Source: Methanofastidiosum sp.
GTDB lineage: Archaea > Methanobacteriota_B > Thermococci > Methanofastidiosales > Methanofastidiosaceae
Direction of reading: 5' to 3'
NCBI GenBank assembly: GCA_039679445.1
Contig: JBDKUY010000071.1
Location: forward strand, 324-64,323
Length of the DNA: 64,000 nt
In this document: piece after piece, positions 10,095 through 20,220 of the stretch
Numbering within the stretch: position 1 is the first letter of the stretch
Layout of the letters: the number at the start of each line of letters is the position of its first letter
The notes under the pieces: generated by a model
The model's database searches: none
Told to the model about the DNA's origin: nothing
What the model saw: only the letters and a program-made list of their open reading frames with translations
Program-made: the position numbers and the translations under genes

Positions 10095-11171
10095 ATGAAT
10101 ATTTTAACTCCAAGACCCAATCCAATAGTTGCTGCCTTGTACACATTGAGAGATCTTGATGTGGATGTTGCAGTGTTACACGGGCCTTCTGGATGTGGGT
10201 TCCGAGCAGCTAGATTACTAGAAGAAGATGGAATGAAAGTAGTTACTACTTCAATGTCAGAAGAAGATTTAATTTTCGGCGCTAGTGATAAACTAATTGA
10301 AGTATTAAATGAAGTTGATGTGCTTTTTTCACCTAAGACCATAGGTGTTGTTGGGTCATGTGTTAGCATGATAATTGGTGAAAATGTGAAAAAGGCTATA
10401 ATCGATTCTGGTTTAAAAGATAAAGCCTTCTTTGTAGAAATCCATGGCTGCATGGGGGCAAATACAAGAGGGGCTATCGAAACCTTGAAGGCTGCAATGG
10501 AGTTTGGCCTTATAGATGAAAATGAGTTTAAAAGACAGGAAAAGATGCTTCTTTTGGCAACTGAAGTTGAGTCAAATAATGGTATGGCAAAATCAAAATA
10601 CACTAGACCTTCGAGAGGAACTGAACTTAAGACAGTTGCTGAGCATATAGTTAATCTACTAAAGGATAACAAAAAAATAGCTGTAATTCTAAATGCAAAG
10701 AAGGAAACTGCATATCTTTTTGCTGATATACCTCTAGCAATTAATTTAGCTTCAAAGAAACTTGGAGGGTCTGTGATAAATGTTGGTAATCTTTCTACAG
10801 ATGTGGGCCTCTTAAGAATCAAGAGATACGCAGAAGATATAAAAAATAATTTTGAGTCTAATGGAATTACAATTGATTATATTTCTGGTGGAATGGACGA
10901 GTATCCAATAGCAGGCAAAAACGCAATCGAGTACCTCAAAGACAAAAAATTTGATCTTCTCGTTGCAGTTGGTATACCCCAAGCTTTACCCACCATAGAT
11001 AAAGAATCCATAGCAGTTACAAATGGCCCGAGAGAAGTACATCCCCTTGAAGATAGGGGCTACAAGTACGTAACAGTTGAAATAGCTTCACACTCAACTG
11101 TGATGGGTACGAGAGAAATTGTTCTTAGTGAACTTGGTGAAGCAATAAGAGATGCTGCAGGGATCCAATGA
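10095..11171 (+). CDS. cfbD: Ni-sirohydrochlorin a,c-diamide reductive cyclase, catalytic subunit (NflD)
   Basis: PRPNPIVAALYTLRDL, LHGPSGCGF, GSCVSMIIGE, AKKETAYLFAD, GGMDEYP, TNGPREV. ATG 10095 preferred over 10080. Confidence 0.95.
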   Translation: MNILTPRPNPIVAALYTLRDLDVDVAVLHGPSGCGFRAARLLEEDGMKVVTTSMSEEDLIFGASDKLIEVLNEVDVLFSPKTIGVVGSCVSMIIGENVKKAIIDSGLKDKAFFVEIHGCMGANTRGAIETLKAAMEFGLIDENEFKRQEKMLLLATEVESNNGMAKSKYTRPSRGTELKTVAEHIVNLLKDNKKIAVILNAKKETAYLFADIPLAINLASKKLGGSVINVGNLSTDVGLLRIKRYAEDIKNNFESNGITIDYISGGMDEYPIAGKNAIEYLKDKKFDLLVAVGIPQALPTIDKESIAVTNGPREVHPLEDRGYKYVTVEIASHSTVMGTREIVLSELGEAIRDAAGIQ

Positions 11172-11959
11172 AACAAATTGCAATATATGGAAAAGGGGGA
11201 ATAGGAAAATCCTCAATATCGTCAAACCTTTCAGTGAATTTAGCTTCTGAAGGATTTGGAGTCTTACTTATTGGTTGTGATCCAAAGAGTGATAGCACCA
11301 TTAATCTCTTTGGCGGTAGAAGGATAGATACAGTCTTGGATTTGTACAAGAAAGGCATTACCGATCCAGATAAATTAATTTTTGAAGGATATAATGGTGT
11401 AAAAGGTGTCGAGGTAGGTGGTCCTGCTGCAGGAGTAGGGTGTGCAGGTAGAGGAATTCTTGTTGCATTGAAAACGCTGAACAAAGATTATTACCTCGAA
11501 AAAGGTTTTGACATAATAATATATGATGTTCCAGGGGATGTTGTATGTGGTGGATTTGCTGGTCCTGCCAGAGAAGGATATGCGGATGAAATTTACATAG
11601 TTACTAGTGGGGAATATCTTTCAGTCTATGCTGCAAATAATATTGCAAAAGGTCTATTTAACCTCAAAGTAAAGATGGGTGGGATAATAGGAAATATGAG
11701 GGGAATACCAAACGAAGAAAAAAAAATAAAATCATATGCTGAAGAAATAGACTCACAGTTAATTAATGCAGTTGAAAGAAATCCCAAAATATATGAAAGT
11801 GAAATTGAGGGTAAAACTGTACTTGAGAAATATCCTGATGATCCTCTAAATTTAAAATTCAAAGATATTGGAAATAAAATAATTAAAAATAAAGAAGCCA
11901 AAGTTCCAAATCCCACAACAGATGAGGAGATAAGATCAATAATTGGAGGGCTCTATTGA
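11168..11959 (+). CDS. cfbC: Ni-sirohydrochlorin a,c-diamide reductive cyclase, ATP-dependent reductase subunit (NflH)
   Basis: [45 protein letters not shown]; NifH-like protein inside the cfb operon. Confidence 0.95.
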   Translation: MKQIAIYGKGGIGKSSISSNLSVNLASEGFGVLLIGCDPKSDSTINLFGGRRIDTVLDLYKKGITDPDKLIFEGYNGVKGVEVGGPAAGVGCAGRGILVALKTLNKDYYLEKGFDIIIYDVPGDVVCGGFAGPAREGYADEIYIVTSGEYLSVYAANNIAKGLFNLKVKMGGIIGNMRGIPNEEKKIKSYAEEIDSQLINAVERNPKIYESEIEGKTVLEKYPDDPLNLKFKDIGNKIIKNKEAKVPNPTTDEEIRSIIGGLY

Positions 11960-13317
11960 AGATACCTAGAGTTGTAATTTCCGGAACTGCTTCTGGTGTT
12001 GGCAAGACTTCAATTTCTTGCGGGATAATGAAAGCACTATCCGAGGAAAAAAAAGTTGCCCCTTTTAAAGTAGGGCCAGATTTTATTGACCCAATATACC
12101 ATAGATTTGCCACTGGGAACTTCTCTAGAAATCTTGATACTTTTTTTATGGAAAAAGATGCACTAATTGAGAATTTTACAAGAGGGGCAGATAAGAAAGA
12201 TATAGCAATTATAGAAGGTGTAAGAGGCTTATATGAAGGTATTGATCCTGTTGAAGAAGTAGGTTCAACTTCACATGTTTCAAAGATTTTAGATTCCCCA
12301 GTAATTCTAGTGATGAATACCCGTTCATTGACAAAAAGTGCAGCTGCGTATATTAAAGGATTTCAAGCCCTAGATTCAAATGTCAAAATAAGGGGAGTTA
12401 TCTTAAATCAGGTTAGAGATGATGCTCACTATCAAAAATTAAAAAAGGCGATAGAAGCTTTTACAGACGTTGAGATTGTAGGCAGTATTGAGAGAGGTGC
12501 AATATCATTGAGCTCCAGGCACCTCGGACTTGTACCTTTAATTGAAAGAGACAATAGAGAAGAAGTTATGGAAGATCTAGGAAAAGAGATTGAAAATTCC
12601 CTTGACATTGATAAAATAAAAGATATAGCCGATGAAGCAGAAGACTTAGAGAAAAAAGAAGGATTTTTATTTAAGGTTAATCCAGAATTAAAGAATAAAA
12701 AAACGACTGTCGGCATACCATTCGACAAGGCTTTCAGCTTTTACTACAGAGAAAACATAGAGGCCCTAGAAGAAAATGGCGCTAAAATAAGATATTTCAG
12801 GCCTACTGAAGCAGAGGATTTACCTGAAGCGGACTGTTATTACATTGGCGGAGGTTATCCTGAGATATATCCTGATAGTATATCAAAAAATCAAGATTTT
12901 TTAAAGGACTTGAAATCGGCTTTTGAAGAATCTAAACCGATATATGGCGAATGTGGAGGACTAATGATACTTTCCAAATACATAGAAGTGGAAAATAAAA
13001 GATATCCTATGGCAGGAATATTTGATCAAGGAACATTGATGAAAAAAAGTAAACAAGGTTTAAGTTATGTTATTGCAAAGCCCACTGAAAAGCATTTCTT
13101 CTTAAAGGATATCGTAAAGGGTCACGAATTCCATTATTCCAAAATGGAGCCGTTGCCTCACAAACAGAATTTTGCCTACAAGATTATAAGAGGTAAAGGG
13201 ATTAATAATAGTATGGACGGATTAATAAAAAATAAATGTATTGGTTCCTATTTGCATGTTCATGTTGGCGGTGCCCCTTCGTGGGCCGCATCATTCTTAG
13301 AAAGCGTTTATCAATAA
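11956..13317 (+). CDS. cfbB: Ni-sirohydrochlorin a,c-diamide synthase (CbiA/CobB family)
   Basis: [54 protein letters not shown]. Confidence 0.93.
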   Translation: MKIPRVVISGTASGVGKTSISCGIMKALSEEKKVAPFKVGPDFIDPIYHRFATGNFSRNLDTFFMEKDALIENFTRGADKKDIAIIEGVRGLYEGIDPVEEVGSTSHVSKILDSPVILVMNTRSLTKSAAAYIKGFQALDSNVKIRGVILNQVRDDAHYQKLKKAIEAFTDVEIVGSIERGAISLSSRHLGLVPLIERDNREEVMEDLGKEIENSLDIDKIKDIADEAEDLEKKEGFLFKVNPELKNKKTTVGIPFDKAFSFYYRENIEALEENGAKIRYFRPTEAEDLPEADCYYIGGGYPEIYPDSISKNQDFLKDLKSAFEESKPIYGECGGLMILSKYIEVENKRYPMAGIFDQGTLMKKSKQGLSYVIAKPTEKHFFLKDIVKGHEFHYSKMEPLPHKQNFAYKIIRGKGINNSMDGLIKNKCIGSYLHVHVGGAPSWAASFLESVYQ

Positions 13318-13318
13318 A

Positions 13319-14674
13319 TCACATTTCAAATCCAGGTGGCATCATAGGCATTTTTCCCTTCATGCCTCTGAGTTGTCTTTTGTTCATGCCTTTCAAGAAC
13401 TTCTTAATCATTGCATACTGATTTAATAGCTCTTTTACCTCGCCCTGATTTGTACCAGACCCTCTAGAAATTCTTCTTATGCGCTCATGATTAATAATCT
13501 TAGGATTTTTCTTTTCCTGCATAGTCATTGAATCCATTATTATTCTGAACTTTGTAAGTTTCTCTTCTCCAACTTCGACCATGTCTGTTGGAAGATTTGC
13601 CCCCATCCCAGGTATCATAGAAAGTACCTGCTTCAATGGACCCATTTTGCTTACCATCTCAAGCTGACTATACATGTCAAAGAGATCGAACTTTCCCGCA
13701 AGTATCTTATCCTTGTCAAGCTTTGAGTAATCTTCTGCTTCAGAAGCTTCTTTAACTTTCTCTAAAAGAGTTTCAAGATCTCCAAGACCCAATAAACGTG
13801 AAACGAACCTCTTTGGATCAAACGGTTCGATAGAATCAATTCTTTCCCCAGTTCCTATAAATTTAATAGGCGCACCTGTGGCAGCGGCTGCAGACAGTGC
13901 CCCTCCCCCTTTTGCCGAACCATCTAGCTTTGTTACTATTATAGAACCTACTGTTGTTGCATTTGCAAATCCTTCAGCTTGGACAAAAGCTTGTTGGCCA
14001 ATTGTACCATCAATAACAAGTGTTACTTCATCGGGATTTATTGTATTAGAGATCTCCGTCATCTCATCTATTAGCCCTTTTTCTTCTCTGTGCCTTCCCG
14101 CCGTATCGACAATAATTATATCCGAAGTCTTTTCCTTAAAGAATTTTACCCCTTCTCTTGCTAGTTTGATACTGTCCTTTTCCTTTGGGTCACCAAATAC
14201 AGGTATGTTATTCTCGGCGCAGAACTGTTTTAACTGCTCAAATGCTCCAGGTCTCCAAGTGTCGGCCCCGACAACGCCCACTCTAAATCCTCGTTTTTGG
14301 TAGAATCTAGCAAGTTTTCCGGTAGTTGTAGTCTTTCCGCTCCCCTGAATACCTATCATCAGAACTACTTTGCCTTTTTTATCAGGGAGATGCTCCTTTT
14401 TGGTATCAGAGCCCATAAATCTTGATAGCTCTTCATAAACTATCTTTATTATGTGCTCCTTTCTTGACACACCCTTTGGTAATTTTTCTTCCATTGCCCT
14501 AGATTCAATGTTCTTTGATAATTCAAAGACCAGCTTAACATTAACATCGGAAAGTAAAAGTGCCTTTTGAATGTCCTTCACAAGCTCTTTTATAAGGGAT
14601 TCGTCAACTACCCCTGCTTTTGTCAATTTTCTCAATGCACCGCTTAATGCGCCCGAAAGGGAGTCTAAGACCAT
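13319..14674 (-). CDS. srp54: Signal recognition particle protein Srp54
   Basis: GIQGSGKTTT, DTAGRH, TKLDGSAKGGGALS, Met-rich M domain. Confidence 0.98.
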   Translation of the reverse strand: MVLDSLSGALSGALRKLTKAGVVDESLIKELVKDIQKALLLSDVNVKLVFELSKNIESRAMEEKLPKGVSRKEHIIKIVYEELSRFMGSDTKKEHLPDKKGKVVLMIGIQGSGKTTTTGKLARFYQKRGFRVGVVGADTWRPGAFEQLKQFCAENNIPVFGDPKEKDSIKLAREGVKFFKEKTSDIIIVDTAGRHREEKGLIDEMTEISNTINPDEVTLVIDGTIGQQAFVQAEGFANATTVGSIIVTKLDGSAKGGGALSAAAATGAPIKFIGTGERIDSIEPFDPKRFVSRLLGLGDLETLLEKVKEASEAEDYSKLDKDKILAGKFDLFDMYSQLEMVSKMGPLKQVLSMIPGMGANLPTDMVEVGEEKLTKFRIIMDSMTMQEKKNPKIINHERIRRISRGSGTNQGEVKELLNQYAMIKKFLKGMNKRQLRGMKGKMPMMPPGFEM

Positions 14675-14714
14675 ACAAACACCTAACTTTAGACATTATT
14701 TAACTTATAAAAAA

Positions 14715-15638
14715 CTAATGGTCAATTTTCTTTTTTAAAGTAATGACAAACGTCCTGCCAATAGGTTCTCTCTCAATTAGTTCCTTCTTTTCAAGATTTG
14801 TGAGAATCTTAGTTATCTTAGCCTTTGAAAATCCCGTTACACTCGATAATTTCTTCTGTTTTAACTTTCCGCCTTCGTTTTTTATTATTTCACATATAGC
14901 CATTTCGTCCTCTGAAAGGAGGGAAGGCGGAATCTTGACTTCCACATCTCTGTTTTTTGAAGATCTATAAAATATAAGTATCCCCACAGAAATTAATAGT
15001 ATTAGAACAACTGCTAATGGGACAAAAATATTTGTACCAAAACCATTATTTGACACAAGTGAATTGTACTTAATTTTAAACATCATCGGGGTTGAAGGGG
15101 ATTTCATCTCCCAGAGAACAATAATCCTTTTTCCATCGCTTTGCAGATATGTGGGTTCTGGGATAATTGCAGATATATCTTCATTATTAATGCCGTAAGC
15201 AGGAGGAAGTTTTATCCTAAAAATAAGATTTTTGACATTTGGGTAAACTAGTTCCTTCATATATACAAAATCTTTTTTCTTTATTTCTACAGCATCTGAA
15301 ATAGTATAGCTAATCTTTATGGTGTTTAGTTCATTTGATGCCAATCTTATTGCCTGATTTATAGGTGGATTAAGTTTTTCATTATTGTATATAACTTCCA
15401 GATTTTTGTAGCCATTTGGCAGGTATAGATTAAAATCAATTTCATCGTTTGGGTATAGAATAATATCAATCGATTCTTTCAATGAATGATCTTCCATTAT
15501 TTCAACGTCTATTTTGAGGTAAGTAATCTCAAGTTGATTATCGGTAAGTATAGGCGAAAAAGATGAAGGCAATATCAAAAAAAGGAATATTAGAGCTATC
15601 AACAAATATCTAAAGGTTTTTTTCAATTCTTTTGCCAT
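14715..15638 (-). CDS. Membrane-anchored protein with extracellular domain and C-terminal winged HTH
   Basis: N-terminal signal/TM segment, beta-rich middle region, TM (VPLAVVLILLISVGILIF), then LSEDE...GGKLKQKKL...GFSKAKITKILTNLEKKELIERE..GR wHTH. ATG 15638 preferred. Confidence 0.75.
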   Translation of the reverse strand: MAKELKKTFRYLLIALIFLFLILPSSFSPILTDNQLEITYLKIDVEIMEDHSLKESIDIILYPNDEIDFNLYLPNGYKNLEVIYNNEKLNPPINQAIRLASNELNTIKISYTISDAVEIKKKDFVYMKELVYPNVKNLIFRIKLPPAYGINNEDISAIIPEPTYLQSDGKRIIVLWEMKSPSTPMMFKIKYNSLVSNNGFGTNIFVPLAVVLILLISVGILIFYRSSKNRDVEVKIPPSLLSEDEMAICEIIKNEGGKLKQKKLSSVTGFSKAKITKILTNLEKKELIEREPIGRTFVITLKKKIDH

Positions 15639-15972
15639 AATACTACCTAATACTAAAAAGATACCTTGAATCCTTATATAATTTTTAGGATTAATCAAAA
15701 TATAAGATTTTTTGGGCCGGAATTATATATAAGGTTTTAGATAAATAATGTTTATTATAATGAAATAGTATGCTTTAAGTCAAGTCCCTAAAAAAGAAAA
15801 ATAATAAATTTTACCTTATCATAATTAAAATATTGGAAATTAATGAAGAGTAACAGTTTTAGAACCGGCCACAATAAAATTATTTAAATATGTCAACGAT
15901 TTCCATGGGAACTTCATTTAACAAAAATTATCATTTAAGTTAGACCGGTTCTTTATTAGTGATTTATTCACC

Positions 15973-16200
15973 TTACAGAGCGATCATTGTTGAAGTCATT
16001 TGAACCCCATCAATGTTCCTAATTTTTTCGGTAAGGAACGGGTCAAGATCTTTCAACTGCTCCACATTTACTTTGACAACGATGTCATATTCTCCGTATA
16101 CTATATACGCTTCTTCAACTTCCTTCATACTTTTTAGACTATCAAGAATCTTCTTTTCTTTTCCAGCATCGCCCACGATGAGGGCAAAAGCGACAACCAT
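15973..16200 (-). CDS. Lrp/AsnC ligand-binding (RAM) domain protein
   Basis: AFALI...V.EAYIVYGEYDIVVKV...IRNIDGV..TSTMI; no HTH. Confidence 0.9.
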   Translation of the reverse strand: MVVAFALIVGDAGKEKKILDSLKSMKEVEEAYIVYGEYDIVVKVNVEQLKDLDPFLTEKIRNIDGVQMTSTMIAL

Positions 16201-16254
16201 TATATCACCTATTATATTATTGATTTTAGATATTTAAAACTTTTTATGAATTGT

Positions 16255-16810
16255 CTAGAAGTAGTATATGATATCTTGAATTAATTTAATGAAATTTACA
16301 GGTGCTGAATCCAATTCTGCAAATACCCCGCTAGCCATGACTATTATCAAAAGAAATATTGCAGATATTTCTATGGCTTTATTAGCGAAAGCATTATCAT
16401 ACCTTAATCTTCCTCCAATCAAAGGAAAATGAACATGTTTTCTTTTGCTGAAAGGATAGTAAAGAGGCGCCCCCCAAGCGATAATACTATCTGCGAGAGT
16501 ATGTGAAAAAACTGCAAATGATGCAACTACTGTGCAATCCCATGTAAAAAAATTGGAAAAAATACCTTCAGATTCGGTTAATGAAAGAAATATTATAACA
16601 AGAATACTATAATCGATGCCAATAAAGAGTGTGTAACCCCATTCTATGTTTTTTGATAAATATGTCAAGATCTGGTAGGACTGCAAATATACCTCCAATC
16701 AACATAAGATCTCCAATTAGTAATTCTGTCTTTACCCCAATTCCAATTAAAAAAAGGATAAGGATCCCGGACGATAGCATGCCCAATGCTATATGGATTC
16801 TCATTTTCAT
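16255..16810 (-). pseudogene. Membrane-bound metal-dependent hydrolase (YdjM/DUF457-like), split by two -1 frameshifts (true pseudogene or sequencing error)
   Basis: Frame 1 ...LPDLDIFIKKHR; frame 2 (from ~16642) (N)GVTHSLLASIIVFL; frame 3 (from ~16597) IIFLSL...SHTLADS...GAPLYYPFS. Joining them restores the family motifs PDxD, HRxxTHS and SHxxxD. Confidence 0.75.
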
Positions 16811-16882
16811 AAAATCTATTTACTTCAGTTTTTTATATAATTTGTGCCAAATAGTTTTAAACTAATTATTTAGATATCGTTC

Positions 16883-17370
16883 ATGAAAATAATGACTGCT
16901 ATACTGCTTCTATGTATTATAGCCGTTTCTCCTATTTCTAGTGAACTTACCTCACTTATACTCCCATTAAACGATAGCGATATCCCCAAGGAGATAAAGC
17001 CCCTGCTAAAAGAAGGCTACAGAATCAATTTTCAGGGTTATGAAGAAAATCTTATTGAGTTTATATGCTATGATGAGGATTCAGCTTCATTGTTTCTAAA
17101 TGAATTCTTAAACTCAAGGGGGGATATAAAATCCAAGAATATACTAACTTTTCTTACAAAGGCATCGATGGCTATTCGTTCACTTCTACTTGGGGAAAAG
17201 GATATGTCCTAAAAGAAAAAAATAAAGTATATGTTTTCAATTCCCCCTCTGAGAACATGTCTAACCTTAAGATTCTCTTAGAAACTAAGTTTGGAAAAGC
17301 CTTTTCTTATTATTATCTAGCTTTGTTATTGATACCAATAGGATTAATCTTCTACAAAATTATAAAATAA
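16883..17370 (+). pseudogene. Secreted/surface protein with C-terminal TM anchor, frameshifted at a G6 tract (17118-17123)
   Basis: Signal peptide at the start. A -1 shift at the G6 run opens GYKIQEYTNFSYKGIDGYSFTSTWGKGYVL...YYYLALLLIPIGLIFYKIIK* ending at 17370. Confidence 0.65.
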
Positions 17371-18220
17371 TCTTTTCGATATTTTCAGAGATTTCTTTTA
17401 CTTCGTCATTTTCCAGTCCATAAAGCTTGATAGTCTCGATTACAAAACCTTTCTCTTTTGTCCTATCATATCTTGGGCATTTAGTAAAAAGCGATTTTCC
17501 AGTTTTTGGCCTTATTTTTTTATTAAGAAGTTCAAGAGATTTAGTCGGATTCTCATCCCTTACGAATACTGATATTAATTTAGGCTCTTTGTAAGGTATC
17601 TCAAGTGATGATTTTTGGAATATTTGTGCCATATTTCTTAAGGTATTTAATTTTTCTTGTGCATTTTCAATCTCATTATTAAGCTTAAGATAATAGCTAT
17701 CCGGGAGTTTTGAAAATGACAATATTTTTTCTGATTCTTCCAGATTAATGTCAGGACTAATCCCAACAAATCCCCCATAGCCACACTCCAATATCTTCGG
17801 GCTTCCTGTTGAGCAGTATATCACATCGGCCCAGCCAAAATCTTTATCAGGAAAAACTCCAGAGATATCTTCAATCGAAACGATTCCTTTGTTCATTAAT
17901 TCATTACATATCTCTCTGGTAGGATTTGATCTTATATGGCCAGAAAGAGAAGTAAATAAAAATACATCAAACTCTTTTTTGAATTTTGGCACAATAATAC
18001 CATTATCAGTAGGAAGCTCAACATAATTTTTTTTCAGAAGTTTTGGTATCTCAATGAATCCTTTAAATCCGCCCTGGTCAGGTATTCCGATTTTAGTTAT
18101 ATTTGAATCAAAAAGAATGGAAAAAAGACCAAATGTCGCAGAATTAACAAAGTATATATTGTAATCTTTATTGAGTAAGGGCAACATCTTTTTTCTTAGA
18201 TTCAGTATAATCTCTTCCAT
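17360..18220 (-). CDS. PLP-dependent transferase-fold protein (DegT-like, methanogen-type), function unknown
   Basis: VNSAT, IPDQGG, IEDISG, STGSPKI..CGYGGF (putative PLP Lys), CPRYDR. Confidence 0.6.
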   Translation of the reverse strand: MEEIILNLRKKMLPLLNKDYNIYFVNSATFGLFSILFDSNITKIGIPDQGGFKGFIEIPKLLKKNYVELPTDNGIIVPKFKKEFDVFLFTSLSGHIRSNPTREICNELMNKGIVSIEDISGVFPDKDFGWADVIYCSTGSPKILECGYGGFVGISPDINLEESEKILSFSKLPDSYYLKLNNEIENAQEKLNTLRNMAQIFQKSSLEIPYKEPKLISVFVRDENPTKSLELLNKKIRPKTGKSLFTKCPRYDRTKEKGFVIETIKLYGLENDEVKEISENIEKIIL

Positions 18221-20216
18221 ATTTTTTCCACCAATTCTTTACTGTAAAATTATCCGGCCTTAAAAACTCATTATTTTCTATTGAAATATCAGATATAACA
18301 TCAATTCTCAAAGCTTTGATACATTTTTCTGCGGTATCATATCCAACAAGATATCTCTTTTCAGCTAAAACAACACCCAATGGGTTAATCCTTGAAGTCC
18401 TTGAGACTTTGTCATCAAGATCAAAATAAGAGAGTAAGACTGATTTTTTTTTCTTTGACGCTTCAATTAAATCTCTTGTAATGTTTGGCCTAATATCCAT
18501 GCTTCTTTCAAATCCTTCCTCTCTAAAAAAATATTCAGTGTCTTCCTTCTTAAGCCCGGTTAAGTATCCTTCCTTAATTGACTTAATCTCGGATTTTAAG
18601 TCTATGTTCTCAGAAGATTTCTCTAGAAAAGATTCTTTCTTTTCGTCGTAGCCCTCAATATGAATCTGGATGAATATTCCATTCTTTTCTAGAACCTCCC
18701 TTATTTTTGGGATATTCTCTTCTTTTATCAAGATTATATTTGGTTCTATAGACTGTTCAACGAAATTTTGTATCCTCTTATTTATTTCTAAAAATAAAGG
18801 CACGTCATTAATAATCAGAAATATGCCTTTGAAAGCTCTTACTTTGCCATATTTTGATGCCCAATCCCTCAGTTGGTATATAACATTTTGAGGTATATCA
18901 TTAGAAGAGTATTTTTTCAAAAAGTTTATTATTTTATCAAGTGAGAATCCAGATTCTATGCCCGTCATAATAGTTTCTGACGTTATCTGGTACAAACTTA
19001 CAATGTCAGCTTTCTGGATATCTGCAAATCTATTCAGATCAAATAGTGCAATCTTATCAATCTCTTCTGATAAAACTGAGATTTCAAAATTTGGAGTCAT
19101 GAAAAGAATCTTTTTCTGCTCTGCCTTCTTACTCTTATCAAAGTATATTGTGGGCTCTTTTGATGCTACTCTTTCAGATGTTAAGAGCTCCTTTCCAAAC
19201 TGAGTAAGCGAGAAAGAAATCATTTTGCCATCTTTAAATCCGCCGTCGACTATCCCAAGCCACAACAAATAATCGGATATTACTTTCTCAAAAAATTTAT
19301 CATCAAAATATATCCACCGATTTTCATCCTTTTCATCAAATAGTGAATTCTGTAATTTTTTTATGAAAGATTTAATGTAGATATCTTTACCCACTTCTAC
19401 CTTTTTTATAGAATCAAGGACTATTCTGATGTTTAGCTCATTTACCCTACTTATGAAGATTTCCTTTCTCTTAAAACCTTCAATACTTTCTAGGCCAAAA
19501 AAGATATACTTAAAGAATAATCTAATTAAGTCTTCATCAGCAATAGGAAGAATTTCATTGATTTTATCTGTAAGAATATATTGATCCCCGGATATTTTAA
19601 TTAAGCCAAAATCCAAAGCAAGACTTTCAATAAACTGTGATCTAGATTCATTTTTTATGTGGAGTTTTTCAACAAGCCCCTCTTGATCTTTTTTGGAAAT
19701 CTCCTTTTTGGCCGTTAGTTTTAATTCTTCCTTTGCAACAAATGATAAGAAAATAATTAGATCAGAAATAAGGAGATTTTTATCTTTTCTTATCTGCAAA
19801 TTTTCTAGAGTTATCTCCTCAGGAATCTTCTTGAAAATATTAATTAATTTTTCTTTTAATGCAGAGTTAACAATATAAGTCTTAATTATTCCATCCATTC
19901 CATCCAAAACTAATAGATTAGTTTCAAGATTTTTAATAACCTCTTCAAATGTCCAAAAGCTGTATTTCTCTATGAAAATATTCTGAGCATCCTGCTGCTT
20001 TTTTACCCCTCCGGCCATTAATAAGATACCCAAAAATTCCTTTTCCTTAAGTGATAATGAATTAAAAACAGCTTCAATCTTATTCTCATCTTCCATTGCT
20101 TCTTCTAGGGAATCGATAACCTGTTCTTTAGGCGTCGTAATATCAACTCCCCACGCCTTAAACGTATTCTCCATCTGTTTTCCAGATAGTCCCTTAACTT
20201 TTTCCCTCATATCCAA
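18168..20216 (-). CDS. Helicase-associated (Helicase_C_3, Tfb2/p52-like) domain protein with C-terminal WYL domain
   Basis: PNFEI...L.RFAD......YQITSETI..G...G.....IINFL...S...IPQNV.YQLRDW...YG; then LSYFD......RINPLGV......YLVGYD......ALRIDVI..I (WYL). TTG at 20216 follows SD GGTGA. Confidence 0.75.
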   Translation of the reverse strand: MDMREKVKGLSGKQMENTFKAWGVDITTPKEQVIDSLEEAMEDENKIEAVFNSLSLKEKEFLGILLMAGGVKKQQDAQNIFIEKYSFWTFEEVIKNLETNLLVLDGMDGIIKTYIVNSALKEKLINIFKKIPEEITLENLQIRKDKNLLISDLIIFLSFVAKEELKLTAKKEISKKDQEGLVEKLHIKNESRSQFIESLALDFGLIKISGDQYILTDKINEILPIADEDLIRLFFKYIFFGLESIEGFKRKEIFISRVNELNIRIVLDSIKKVEVGKDIYIKSFIKKLQNSLFDEKDENRWIYFDDKFFEKVISDYLLWLGIVDGGFKDGKMISFSLTQFGKELLTSERVASKEPTIYFDKSKKAEQKKILFMTPNFEISVLSEEIDKIALFDLNRFADIQKADIVSLYQITSETIMTGIESGFSLDKIINFLKKYSSNDIPQNVIYQLRDWASKYGKVRAFKGIFLIINDVPLFLEINKRIQNFVEQSIEPNIILIKEENIPKIREVLEKNGIFIQIHIEGYDEKKESFLEKSSENIDLKSEIKSIKEGYLTGLKKEDTEYFFREEGFERSMDIRPNITRDLIEASKKKKSVLLSYFDLDDKVSRTSRINPLGVVLAEKRYLVGYDTAEKCIKALRIDVISDISIENNEFLRPDNFTVKNWWKKYGRDYTESKKKDVALTQ

Positions 20217-20220
20217 TAAC

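Noticed and set aside
10070..10822. 250-aa antisense ORF and the many other short opposite-strand ORFs in the track
   Set aside because: They fully overlap well-supported genes on the other strand and have no motifs or translation signals.
10095..11959. NifH/NifD-like genes suggesting nitrogen fixation
   Set aside because: They lie between cfbA/cfbE and cfbB, the D-like protein is short, and there is no nifK/E/N. They are CfbC/CfbD of F430 synthesis.
8436..13317. cfb operon as a novel system
   Set aside because: Well-characterised pathway in a known gene order; only its promoter motif is reported as a finding.
15880..15930. Archaeal SECIS element within the intergenic hairpin
   Set aside because: The adjacent genes have no in-frame TGA at a Cys-type position, and the GAA/A motif with a GC-rich apical stem is not convincingly present.
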